The notes below the pieces were generated by a model that saw only the letters and a list, made by a program, of their open reading frames with translations, searched no databases and had not been told where the DNA came from. DNA of 64,000 bases. It comes from Patescibacteria group bacterium (GTDB lineage Bacteria > Patescibacteriota > JABMPQ01). Made by a program: the position numbers and the translations under genes. The stretch lies in the NCBI GenBank assembly GCA_041749335.1, contig JBGTBM010000007.1, positions 21,408 through 85,407 of the forward strand, written 5' to 3'. Of the stretch, positions 28,558 through 37,139 are shown piece after piece (the stretch's first letter is position 1; each line of letters begins with the position of its first letter).

Positions 28558-29871
28558 ATGAAACAAAATCCATATAAAAATGCGCTTATTCAGCTGGACA
28601 ACATTGCAAAAAAAATCAAGCTTGATCGCAACACTTATTCAATATTAAAAAATCCGCAAAGAGTGGTTACGCTTTCTATCCCGGTAAAAATGGATTCTGG
28701 CGAGATAAAAATATTTGAAGGATATCGAGTGCAGCATAATAATGCGCGCGGGCCATATAAGGGCGGAGTCAGGTATTTTCCTCAAGTGGACTTAGATGAA
28801 GTAAAAGCTTTGGCGCTCTGGATGTCTTTAAAATGCGCCGTGGTTGGTATTCCTTTAGGCGGAGGCAAGGGCGGCATTATAGTAGATTCGGAAAAATTAT
28901 CTGTAGGAGAATTAGAAAGGCTTTCCCGCGGATATGTTCGCGCCGCTTTTGATATTTTTGGACCTAATATCGATATTCCTGCTCCGGACGTATGTACTAC
29001 GCCGCAGATTATGGATTGGTTTGTAGACGAATATCGCCAGATAAAATCTTATAGAATGGGCAAGAAGACTATAGCCAAAAAAGAATATTTACCAACATTT
29101 ACTGGCAAATCTTTGAAAAATGGCGGATCAGTAGGCCGAGAAACGTCAACTTCTTTAGGCGGTGCCTATTGTTTGCTCGAAGCGGTTAAAAAATATCAAA
29201 TCAAGGGCAAGAGAGTAGCCGTGCAAGGTTTTGGTAATGTTGGTTATAATATTGCGCAAATATTATATAATCTGGGCTTTAAGATTGTGGCGGTAAGCGA
29301 TTCAAGCAAGGCAATATATTGCGACCAGGGTCTGGATCCGAAGAAGGTAATGGACTTTAAAAATAAATACGGCTATGTTGGCTGTTGCGAGTGTAAAACG
29401 CAAGGCAAAAAATCTTGCCAATGTGAAGATAATTGCGATTGTGATGAAATCAGTAATATTAAATTAAATGAATTATTATTAACCGATGTTGATATATTGG
29501 TGCCGGCAGCGCTGGAAAATCAAATCACCAAAGAAAATGCCGCCAAAATAAAAGCTAAATTGATATTGGAACTTGCCAACGGCCCAATAACTCCGGATGC
29601 GGATTTAATTCTTAAAAAGAAGAAAGTGGTATTTATACCGGATATTTTAGCGAACGCGGGCGGAGTAGCAGGCAGTTATTTTGAGTGGCTGCAAAACATG
29701 TACGGAGAGAAATGGAAAGAAGATAAATTTACCAAAAAGCTTAAAATTATTATGTTAAAATCTTTTCGGGATGTTTATGATCGATCAATCAAGTACAGGG
29801 TGGATTTAAGGATTGCGGCCGGAATTTTGGCGGTAGAAAGACTAAGGGACGCGATAAAAAAGACTATATAG
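28558..29871 (+). CDS. gdh: Glu/Leu/Phe/Val dehydrogenase family (glutamate dehydrogenase) with an internal Cys-rich insertion
   Basis: Catalytic lysine region GGGKGG and NAD-binding segment GFGNVG. A 23-aa insert VGCCECKTQGKKSCQCEDNCDCD lies at 29380-29448. Confidence 0.8.
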   Translation: MKQNPYKNALIQLDNIAKKIKLDRNTYSILKNPQRVVTLSIPVKMDSGEIKIFEGYRVQHNNARGPYKGGVRYFPQVDLDEVKALALWMSLKCAVVGIPLGGGKGGIIVDSEKLSVGELERLSRGYVRAAFDIFGPNIDIPAPDVCTTPQIMDWFVDEYRQIKSYRMGKKTIAKKEYLPTFTGKSLKNGGSVGRETSTSLGGAYCLLEAVKKYQIKGKRVAVQGFGNVGYNIAQILYNLGFKIVAVSDSSKAIYCDQGLDPKKVMDFKNKYGYVGCCECKTQGKKSCQCEDNCDCDEISNIKLNELLLTDVDILVPAALENQITKENAAKIKAKLILELANGPITPDADLILKKKKVVFIPDILANAGGVAGSYFEWLQNMYGEKWKEDKFTKKLKIIMLKSFRDVYDRSIKYRVDLRIAAGILAVERLRDAIKKTI

Positions 29872-30024
29872 ATGCTGATAAATTACTCTGCTTAGCGGAG
29901 TAATTTTAATTTTGCGCACCTAAAAATAAAATATTTTTCTATTATTATTTGATAAAGCGATCAAAACAATTTATTATTATTTTGTAATTACGAGTATGCT
30001 ATAATAAAAATATATATAAATACT

Positions 30025-31677
30025 ATGACCGAATTTTCAACTCAAGAATTCGAGAAAAAAAAGAACGAAAAGCTCGAAGAAAAATTAGCCAAGATAAAAA
30101 TTGCCCAGCAGGAAGGGGAGGCGCAAGTGAGAGCCGCTTCTTTGGGTTTAACATATATTGATCTCACCAGAACTCCGATTGAAAAGGACGCACTAATTTT
30201 AATACCCGAAAAAAAAGCGTTAGCAAATAAAACTATCGCCTTTTATTTAATAAAGGATGCGTTGAAGGTCGGGTCAGTTGATCCTAAAAGTAAGAACACT
30301 CAAGATTTGATTAAGGAAATTGAGGATCAAACCGGCTATAAAATAACCCAGTTTTTAATTTCTGAGCCAAGTTTTCAGCATGCCGTAAAGGTTTATAGGC
30401 AGATAGTTACGCCGCAAAAAAAAGAAGAGGTGGGCATATCAGAGGAGGCGCTCAAAGAGGCCGGAACACAAATTAAAGATTTGGAACAATTAAAGAAAAG
30501 AATTAAAGAAGTTTCTACAAGCGAGCAAGTGAGTATTATCTTAGCCGGGGCGATTACGGCCGGCGCTTCTGATATTCACATTGAGCCGGAAGAAGAAAAA
30601 ATATTATTAAGATACCGCATTGATGGCATTTTACATGACATCGCTGAACTTCCGCGGGATATCTATAAACAGTTAATGTCCCGCATAAAATTAATCGCCG
30701 GGTTAAAAATTAATATTACGGAAAAACCGCAAGACGGAAGAATCACAGTAAGCGTTGAAGGAAAAGAAATTGATTTAAGAATTTCAACATTGCCGGCTGC
30801 TTATGGTGAATCAGTGGTAATGCGCCTTTTGGGAACCGGATCCACCGGATTGAAAATAACCGGATTGGGTTTTAGAAAAAATGAGGAAAAGTTATTGCTG
30901 GATCTCATAAAAAGGCCGACCGGAATGATACTTACTACCGGACCGACCGGATCAGGAAAAACCACGACGCTGTATTCATTTATTAATCAAATAAAATCTT
31001 CCGAGATTAAAATTATTACTTTGGAAAATCCGATTGAAATTCGCATGGATGGCATTCAGCAAACTCCGATTGATCCGGAAAAAGATATGACTTTTGCCTC
31101 CGGCCTAAGAGCGATTCTGCGCCAAGATCCGGATGTAGTGATGGTGGGAGAAATTAGAGATTTGGAAACGGCGGAAATTGCCTCGCAGGCGGCTTTAACC
31201 GGACATTTGGTCTTTTCTACTCTGCATACCAATGATGCTGCCGGAGCTATTCCGCGCCTAATCAATATGGGAGTGAAACCTTTTACTTTGGGGCCGGCTT
31301 TGACCGGAGTGATTGGTCAGAGGTTGGTGCGCCGAATTTGTCCGAATTGCCACAAGGAGTATCAACCCGACCAAGAAACGATAAAAATGCTGAAAAAGGA
31401 ATTGGGAAAACATTATCCCAAAGCAGGCGTTGAAAAATTATATAAACCGGGTGATAAATGCAAGGTATGCGGTGATCTTGGCTACAAGGGAAGAATTGGA
31501 ATTTACGAAGTAATTGAAGTGACAAAAGGCATCCAAAATTTAATTAATGTTCGCGCTTCTAATTTAGATATTTTTAACCAAGCGGTAAAAGACGGAATGG
31601 TTACCATGAGGCAGGACGGGCTATTAAAGGCTATTGAGGGCGTTACTACCTTGGAAGAGGTGGATCGAGTTAGTTAA
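30025..31677 (+). CDS. pilB: Type II/IV secretion ATPase (PilB/GspE family)
   Basis: GspE N-terminal domain, Walker A GPTGSGKTTTL, Asp/His boxes. C-terminal tetracysteine motif (CPNC...CKVCGDLG). Confidence 0.85.
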   Translation: MTEFSTQEFEKKKNEKLEEKLAKIKIAQQEGEAQVRAASLGLTYIDLTRTPIEKDALILIPEKKALANKTIAFYLIKDALKVGSVDPKSKNTQDLIKEIEDQTGYKITQFLISEPSFQHAVKVYRQIVTPQKKEEVGISEEALKEAGTQIKDLEQLKKRIKEVSTSEQVSIILAGAITAGASDIHIEPEEEKILLRYRIDGILHDIAELPRDIYKQLMSRIKLIAGLKINITEKPQDGRITVSVEGKEIDLRISTLPAAYGESVVMRLLGTGSTGLKITGLGFRKNEEKLLLDLIKRPTGMILTTGPTGSGKTTTLYSFINQIKSSEIKIITLENPIEIRMDGIQQTPIDPEKDMTFASGLRAILRQDPDVVMVGEIRDLETAEIASQAALTGHLVFSTLHTNDAAGAIPRLINMGVKPFTLGPALTGVIGQRLVRRICPNCHKEYQPDQETIKMLKKELGKHYPKAGVEKLYKPGDKCKVCGDLGYKGRIGIYEVIEVTKGIQNLINVRASNLDIFNQAVKDGMVTMRQDGLLKAIEGVTTLEEVDRVS

Positions 31678-31755
31678 TTTAAATTCAAGATTAAGCGCGC
31701 CGGATATGAAATATTAGCAGAAATATTATTATTAATGAGAACGGATTTGTTAGAT

Positions 31756-32781
31756 TTAAATCGATAAATTCGGATCGACAGAAAGTTTATCCCAAGAGGT
31801 AAACTTTTTTTGTTGAGCTAGATGATAACCGGCGGCAGCGACCATGGCGGCGTTGTCGGTGCTATATTTTGGATTAGGTAATATTAATTTTGTTTGAGGC
31901 CGATCAAGGCTGAATTTTTTTACCAAATTTTTTCTTAACAAATTATTGCAACTCACTCCTCCACCGATTGTAACCATCTTTACTCTAAATTTATCAGCCG
32001 CTCTCAGCGTTTTAGCAACCAATACATCGACAGCCGCTGCTTGGAAGGACGCGCAGATATTATTAATATCTTGATCTGAAAATTTACCCTGCTTTTTTTT
32101 AACCAATCTCAAGACATCGGTCTTAAGGCCGGAAAAACTAAAATCCAGGCCATCATTAATCATAGGGCGGGGGAAAGCGTAAGCGCGGGAATTTCCCATA
32201 TTGGCCAATTTAGAAATTATCGGGCCTCCCGGATAAGGCAAGCCTAAAAGCTTGGCGACTTTATCAAAAGCTTCACCGGCCGCATCGTCGCGGGTGGAGC
32301 CAATTTTAATAAATTTATTTTTCTTTGGCATCAATATTAATTCAGTATGACCGCCGGAAGCGATTAAATACAGCAAAGGATATTCAAAATTAATTTTTTT
32401 ATCTTGTTTATTTTCTGTCAGTTGACTGGCATAAACATGTGAAATAATGTGGTTAACGCCAATCAATTTTTTTTGCCAGCTATACGATAGAGTTTTGGCG
32501 GCATCAACTCCGACCAAGAGGGAAGTTATTAATCCCGGGCCATAAGTTACAGCGATGGCATTAATGCCGCGTATTTTGACTTGAGCTTCGTTGAGAGCTT
32601 TATCAATAATCGGAATAATATTTTCAACATGCGCTCTGGCGGCGATTTCCGGCACTACCCCGCCATAGGGCGCGTGTAATTTAATTTGAGAAGAAACTAT
32701 ATTTGATTTAACCAAATAACCGTCTTCAACGACTGAAGCGGCGGTTTCATCACAAGATGTTTCAATGCCGAGTATGAGCAT
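31756..32781 (-). CDS. tsaD: tRNA N6-adenosine threonylcarbamoyltransferase TsaD
   Basis: Kae1/TsaD family. Metal-binding HxxH region (HISHVYASQL). 341 aa. Confidence 0.9.
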   Translation of the reverse strand: MLILGIETSCDETAASVVEDGYLVKSNIVSSQIKLHAPYGGVVPEIAARAHVENIIPIIDKALNEAQVKIRGINAIAVTYGPGLITSLLVGVDAAKTLSYSWQKKLIGVNHIISHVYASQLTENKQDKKINFEYPLLYLIASGGHTELILMPKKNKFIKIGSTRDDAAGEAFDKVAKLLGLPYPGGPIISKLANMGNSRAYAFPRPMINDGLDFSFSGLKTDVLRLVKKKQGKFSDQDINNICASFQAAAVDVLVAKTLRAADKFRVKMVTIGGGVSCNNLLRKNLVKKFSLDRPQTKLILPNPKYSTDNAAMVAAAGYHLAQQKKFTSWDKLSVDPNLSI

Positions 32782-32923
32782 AAAAATTTTTAGTATGAAT
32801 AAAGAATAAGGAAAAATAGATAATTAGCAATATCTTCATTATTAATTATTTCAAATTCATAATACAAATCAAGATAAGTAATAAAAAACAGACTTCAATT
32901 ATTGAAGCCTGTTTAGGAAGCGT

Positions 32924-34444
32924 CTACTTGATTGCCGCGACGTTCGCGCCGCCCTGGAATAACGGCGCGTATCCCATAAATTCCGAAACGACAGTTTTTT
33001 GCTTGTTGTAATTATATACCTTGATCCAAGCTTGGCCTTGGGACGCCTGGCTCATAATTATTTCTGCGCGACCGTCATTATTATAGTCAAATGAGGCAAC
33101 ATCCACTCCGCCGCGATAGTCTTGATGGAAAGGGAAGTAATAGATTGGCTTGGCTTCTCCATTTTCATCAAAAATCCTCACATGCGGTCCGCCGCCCGGT
33201 CCGGCTCCGGTGATTATTTCATCCTTGCCGTCTCCGTCAACATCGCCGGTGGTTACTCTCACCCCTCCGCGAAAAGCGAACGGATAAACATCGATAACTT
33301 GTTTCTTTAATCTGCCATCTTCTTCATAAATCTTAATTTGAGGATCACGAGTGGGTCCGGCTCCGACGATTATTTCATCTTTTTTATCGCCATCAATATC
33401 TCCCGCTGCGACGTCAACACCGCTATTTAAATTATCATTCCAAGGGAATAGTTTTGAATGTAATATTTTTCCCTGGCTGCTGAATACTCTCACATGGGGT
33501 CCACCGCCCGGTCCGGCTCCGGTGATTATTTCACCGACGCCGTCATTATTAAGATCGCCGGTTGCTACCCGCACGCCGCCCCTGAAAGATTTGTCATAAG
33601 CCAATATGCTTGTTTGTAATTCCTTAGAATTTAGATCGAATACTTTAACATAAGGTTCTAATCCGGGTCCGGCACCGACTATTACCTCCGGACTCTTGTC
33701 TTTATCCAGATTGCCAATCGCCACATCAGCTCCGCCGTGTAAGCTTTCTGAAAAGGCGAAAAAGTCAGCATCGTCCAGGCTAAAGCCATATTTGTCAAAA
33801 AGTCTGATATGAGCGCTGCCGCTCGCGCCGGCTCCGGTAATGATTAAGCTGTCATTATAGGTAATTGAATCAACAGCCACAAAGCCTTCGATAAATCTAG
33901 TCGGAACATACCAATTAACAAATTCGTCTTGAGTTATGGTCAGTCCCCAATATACCCAGGTATCGATATAAGCTCCTTTGCGAATACCGAAATGCAGATG
34001 TTCCACCCAGCCGCCATTTTCCTCGGGATTACCTAAAAATCCAATTTTCTGGCCTTTATTTACCATTTGACCTTCCTTCACTTTAACGTCGTAGAGCCTT
34101 AAATGGCCGTAGAGAGAAACAATTTTAGTTTTATTTTTTAAAGTATGCTCAATCAATATTACCGTGCCAAACCGAGTGTGTTCGCCGACATGTTTTACAT
34201 ATCCATTGCCGATACTGTATACCGGGGTGCCGGCAGGGCCTAAAACGTCCTCGCCCAAGTGATAAATTCCGTCGCGATCTTCGCCGAATTCAGAAACCAC
34301 ATCATAGCTTTTCATAGGATAACTGAAGCTGTCGGCATAAACCGTCGCATCAGCGACAAAAGGCAGTATTATTAGCGAAAAGGCTGTTAAACAAGCTAAA
34401 ATACCGTGTTTTATTCGTCTTTTTGTTTGTTTTTGTTTTATCAT
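32924..34444 (-). CDS. Secreted M23 peptidase fused to a 7-bladed FG-GAP/VCBS-like repeat beta-propeller
   Basis: Signal peptide. M23 motifs HLGEDV and EHLHFGIR. Seven repeats of the GAGPGGGPHVRVF/D...N.DG type. Confidence 0.75.
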   Translation of the reverse strand: MIKQKQTKRRIKHGILACLTAFSLIILPFVADATVYADSFSYPMKSYDVVSEFGEDRDGIYHLGEDVLGPAGTPVYSIGNGYVKHVGEHTRFGTVILIEHTLKNKTKIVSLYGHLRLYDVKVKEGQMVNKGQKIGFLGNPEENGGWVEHLHFGIRKGAYIDTWVYWGLTITQDEFVNWYVPTRFIEGFVAVDSITYNDSLIITGAGASGSAHIRLFDKYGFSLDDADFFAFSESLHGGADVAIGNLDKDKSPEVIVGAGPGLEPYVKVFDLNSKELQTSILAYDKSFRGGVRVATGDLNNDGVGEIITGAGPGGGPHVRVFSSQGKILHSKLFPWNDNLNSGVDVAAGDIDGDKKDEIIVGAGPTRDPQIKIYEEDGRLKKQVIDVYPFAFRGGVRVTTGDVDGDGKDEIITGAGPGGGPHVRIFDENGEAKPIYYFPFHQDYRGGVDVASFDYNNDGRAEIIMSQASQGQAWIKVYNYNKQKTVVSEFMGYAPLFQGGANVAAIK

Positions 34445-34579
34445 TTTGACTCTTATTTATAGAGTCGAACGTCCTTGATTATCATTTCAGTATAGCAAGA
34501 ATTTACAAAAAAATCAATACTTTTGGGTCAAGGACAAAATATGAGAAACAATATTAAAAAAAATTTTTCAAATAAAAAA

Positions 34580-34651
34580 TAGCCCCTAGGGGAATCGAAC
34601 CCCTGTTTTCAGGATGAAAACCTGATGTCCTAACCATTAGACGAAGGGGCC
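34580..34651 (-). tRNA. tRNA-Glu (anticodon UUC)
   Basis: Cloverleaf folded by hand: 7-bp acceptor stem (with one G-U pair), D-arm GTCT/GGAC, anticodon stem TCAGG/CCTGA with loop TTTTCAT, 4-nt variable loop, T-arm AGGGG-TTCGATT-CCCCT, discriminator A. 72 nt. Confidence 0.8.
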
Positions 34652-34766
34652 ACGGGTTAAATAAGATCTATAAATTTTCTTGAGAGTTATAATATCAGAA
34701 TTAATTTTTATGGTCAATGCGGATTTATTTATTGGATCATGAATATCGTCGCCTTGTAAAAAATAC

Positions 34767-34826
34767 TTGCCAAAAATTATTAGGCTGATATTATAAAAAT
34801 ACTAACACCTGGGGGGTAGGTATAAT
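34767..34826 (+). promoter_or_regulatory. Candidate promoter (TTGCCA-16-TATTAT) plus G-tract pseudo-palindrome ACACCTGGGGGGTAGGTAT overlapping a second TATAAT. Candidate CsoR operator
   Basis: Seen directly upstream of the csoR-like gene. CsoR-family operators are GC-tract pseudo-palindromes near -10 elements. Hexamer and palindrome coordinates are in the related finding. Confidence 0.35.
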
Positions 34827-34840
34827 TAATTTATAAAAAT

Positions 34841-35113
34841 ATGTATGAATCAAAAAAGAAAGCATTAATCAATTTTAAAAAGGCTCGCAGCCATTGCGAA
34901 AAAATTATTCAAATGGTGGAGCAAGATAAATATTGCATTGATATTATGCAGCAGAATTTGGCGGTAATTGGCCTTTTGAAATCCGCCCATCAAATATTAA
35001 TGGAAGGACATTTGAAGGGATGTTTTAAAGGAGCTATGGGAACAAAAAACGAAGCTAAAAAGAAAAAGATGATCGAGGAAATTCTTAAAGTTACCAAAAT
35101 ATATAACAAATAA
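34841..35113 (+). CDS. csoR: CsoR/RcnR-family metal-sensing transcriptional repressor
   Basis: A 90-aa four-helix protein with conserved Cys/His positions (C..H..C pattern). It sits at the head of the copA cluster. Confidence 0.7.
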   Translation: MYESKKKALINFKKARSHCEKIIQMVEQDKYCIDIMQQNLAVIGLLKSAHQILMEGHLKGCFKGAMGTKNEAKKKKMIEEILKVTKIYNK

Positions 35114-35123
35114 AAAACATATT

Positions 35124-35648
35124 ATGCAAAGAAAGATATTTTCAATATTAACCATATTCATCGCATTTATATTGGTTGGTTGTACCACAAAATCCAATGA
35201 AGATCTTATTTCAAAAGCCGTAATTGATCAAACTCCAGAAACTCAGAAAACATCTCAAAAATTTGCCGGTGAAGAAGGTGAAAACTTAGTTTTAAAAAAT
35301 GGCCGGCTGGATGTTAATGTCGAGGATATATCTGCGGGACGAGTTAAATATTTTAATACCCGGCTTGCCGATGGGAAAACGATATATTTTTTTATTGTTC
35401 GAGACAAAAATGGGATATTGCGGGCAGCGGCCAATGCCTGCCAGGTATGTAATTTATCCGGAAGGGGATTTATACAAGTGGGTAATAATATGAAATGTCA
35501 GACATGTGGCAATGTTTATCCGTTGGAAAAAATTGCCACGGAAAAAGGAGGCTGTAATCCGGGTCCGATTAATCCGGATTTAAAGGAGTCTAATGGAAAA
35601 ATAAATATTACCAAAGGTGAGCTACAAAATGTTGCCGATTTATTTTAA
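35124..35648 (+). CDS. Lipoprotein with paired CxxC motifs (candidate metal-binding/metallochaperone-like)
   Basis: Lipobox LVGC. C-terminal ANACQVCN...KCQTCGNVY...GGCNPGP. Confidence 0.5.
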   Translation: MQRKIFSILTIFIAFILVGCTTKSNEDLISKAVIDQTPETQKTSQKFAGEEGENLVLKNGRLDVNVEDISAGRVKYFNTRLADGKTIYFFIVRDKNGILRAAANACQVCNLSGRGFIQVGNNMKCQTCGNVYPLEKIATEKGGCNPGPINPDLKESNGKINITKGELQNVADLF

Positions 35649-35651
35649 AAA

Positions 35652-37037
35652 ATGTTAATAATAAAAAGATTAAAAATTAAGGGGACTCATTGTCGAAGCT
35701 GTAAGATTTTGATAGAGTCGGCAATTAATATTTTGCCGGGCGTTAAAAGCATTAAAGTTGATTTTGACACCGGCATTACTGAAATTGAATTTGATGATAG
35801 CGTGATTAAGATTGAAGAAATCACAAAAACAATTAAAGGTTTAAATTATGCGGTTGGCGATGATGTAAATACAAGATCTAAAAAAGATAAAAGCGGAAAG
35901 AAAAAAATTATTATCGGCATTGCTGCTTTGTCGGCCTTGGCTTTGGGATATTTTTTAGTCAGTAGATTGGGCTTGTTTGAATTGCTAGGCAAACTTAACG
36001 AAAAAAATGTAAGTCATGGACTAATATTTTTAATTGGACTGCTGGCCAGCTTCCATTGCATCGGGATGTGCGGCGGTTTGGTGGTGGCCTATTCAGCTAA
36101 AAGCGGAAGATTGGAAAAAAAGAAGTCGATGAATTTACACTGGCAATATAATGTTGGGCGCATTATTTCTTATTCTATTATTGGAGGAATTTTAGGCGGC
36201 CTCGGGTCATTTTTTGGAATTAATCCAATTTTTACGGGCATTATTACATTAGTTGCTGGAGCATTTATGGTTTTAATGGGTATCTCACTGATAAAAAATA
36301 TTAAATGGCTGGAAAAAATTAAACCGCGCACACCGAAGCTTATTGCAAGATACTTATTTAATCAACGCGTTAGCGATAATCCCCAGGGGCCATTCATTAT
36401 CGGACTTTTAAATGGTTTTATGCCTTGTGGACCGCTCCAAGCGATGCAGCTTTATGCTCTATCTTCAGGCAGTGTTACTCGAGGAGCGTTATCGATGTTT
36501 TTATACGCCGCCGGCACCGTACCCTTAATGTTTGGTTTCGGAAATGTGATCACAATGCTTAGTCATCAGAGGATCGCTAAAATTATGAAAATATCTGGTA
36601 TAATAGTTATGGTTCTGGGATTATTTATGTTTAATCGCGGTCTGGTAAATTTCGGCTATAGTTTTAAAAATTTAAATCCCAATAACCAAGCGGCCGAAAC
36701 TTATTACAAAGTCGAGAGCAATGTTTCGGAATACCAAGTTATTAATATGGAGCTTTCGTACCGGGGCTATGAACCAAATATATTGTATATTAAAAAAGGT
36801 GTTCCGGTGCGCTGGGTGATTAACGCCACTCAAGCATCCGGATGCACGGATGAAATAATTATGCCTGCATATAATATTAAGGAAGAAATTGTCAAAGGGG
36901 AAAATGTCATTGAATTTTTACCGGAAAAGGCCGGAGAAATAAATTTTTCTTGCTGGATGAAAATGGTGTGGGGAAAATTTATCGTTGTTGAAGACGAAAG
37001 CGAAATTCCCGCGGGAAATAATGTTTTATATAAATAG
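35652..37037 (+). CDS. HMA-domain plus polytopic permease-like membrane domain (CxxxC in TM, DsbD_2/TauE-like) plus C-terminal cupredoxin-like domain
   Basis: N-terminal HMA segment (IKGTHCRSCKIL...). FHCIGMCGG within TM helices. A C-terminal soluble domain of about 100 aa (YEPNILYIKKGVPVRWVINATQASGCTDEIIMPAYN...) resembles a cupredoxin fold. Confidence 0.55.
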   Translation: MLIIKRLKIKGTHCRSCKILIESAINILPGVKSIKVDFDTGITEIEFDDSVIKIEEITKTIKGLNYAVGDDVNTRSKKDKSGKKKIIIGIAALSALALGYFLVSRLGLFELLGKLNEKNVSHGLIFLIGLLASFHCIGMCGGLVVAYSAKSGRLEKKKSMNLHWQYNVGRIISYSIIGGILGGLGSFFGINPIFTGIITLVAGAFMVLMGISLIKNIKWLEKIKPRTPKLIARYLFNQRVSDNPQGPFIIGLLNGFMPCGPLQAMQLYALSSGSVTRGALSMFLYAAGTVPLMFGFGNVITMLSHQRIAKIMKISGIIVMVLGLFMFNRGLVNFGYSFKNLNPNNQAAETYYKVESNVSEYQVINMELSYRGYEPNILYIKKGVPVRWVINATQASGCTDEIIMPAYNIKEEIVKGENVIEFLPEKAGEINFSCWMKMVWGKFIVVEDESEIPAGNNVLYK

Positions 37038-37139
37038 ATTCTGATTTTACGTCGATCAATGTGGATTAAGGCGGGGAAAAATAAGCTGTATTGGGAAAAT
37101 AACCGCAGACAAATTATTAAATTTAATAAAATTATCAAT

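Noticed and set aside
37059-37139. Upstream in-frame extension of copA (MWIKAGKNKLYWENNRRQIIKFNKIIN) given by the ORF track.
   Set aside because: The extension precedes the natural HMA-domain N-terminus (MAKNTTKKYQIAGMHCSAC) and has no counterpart in CopA proteins. The ATG at 37140 is the preferred start, though this is unverified.
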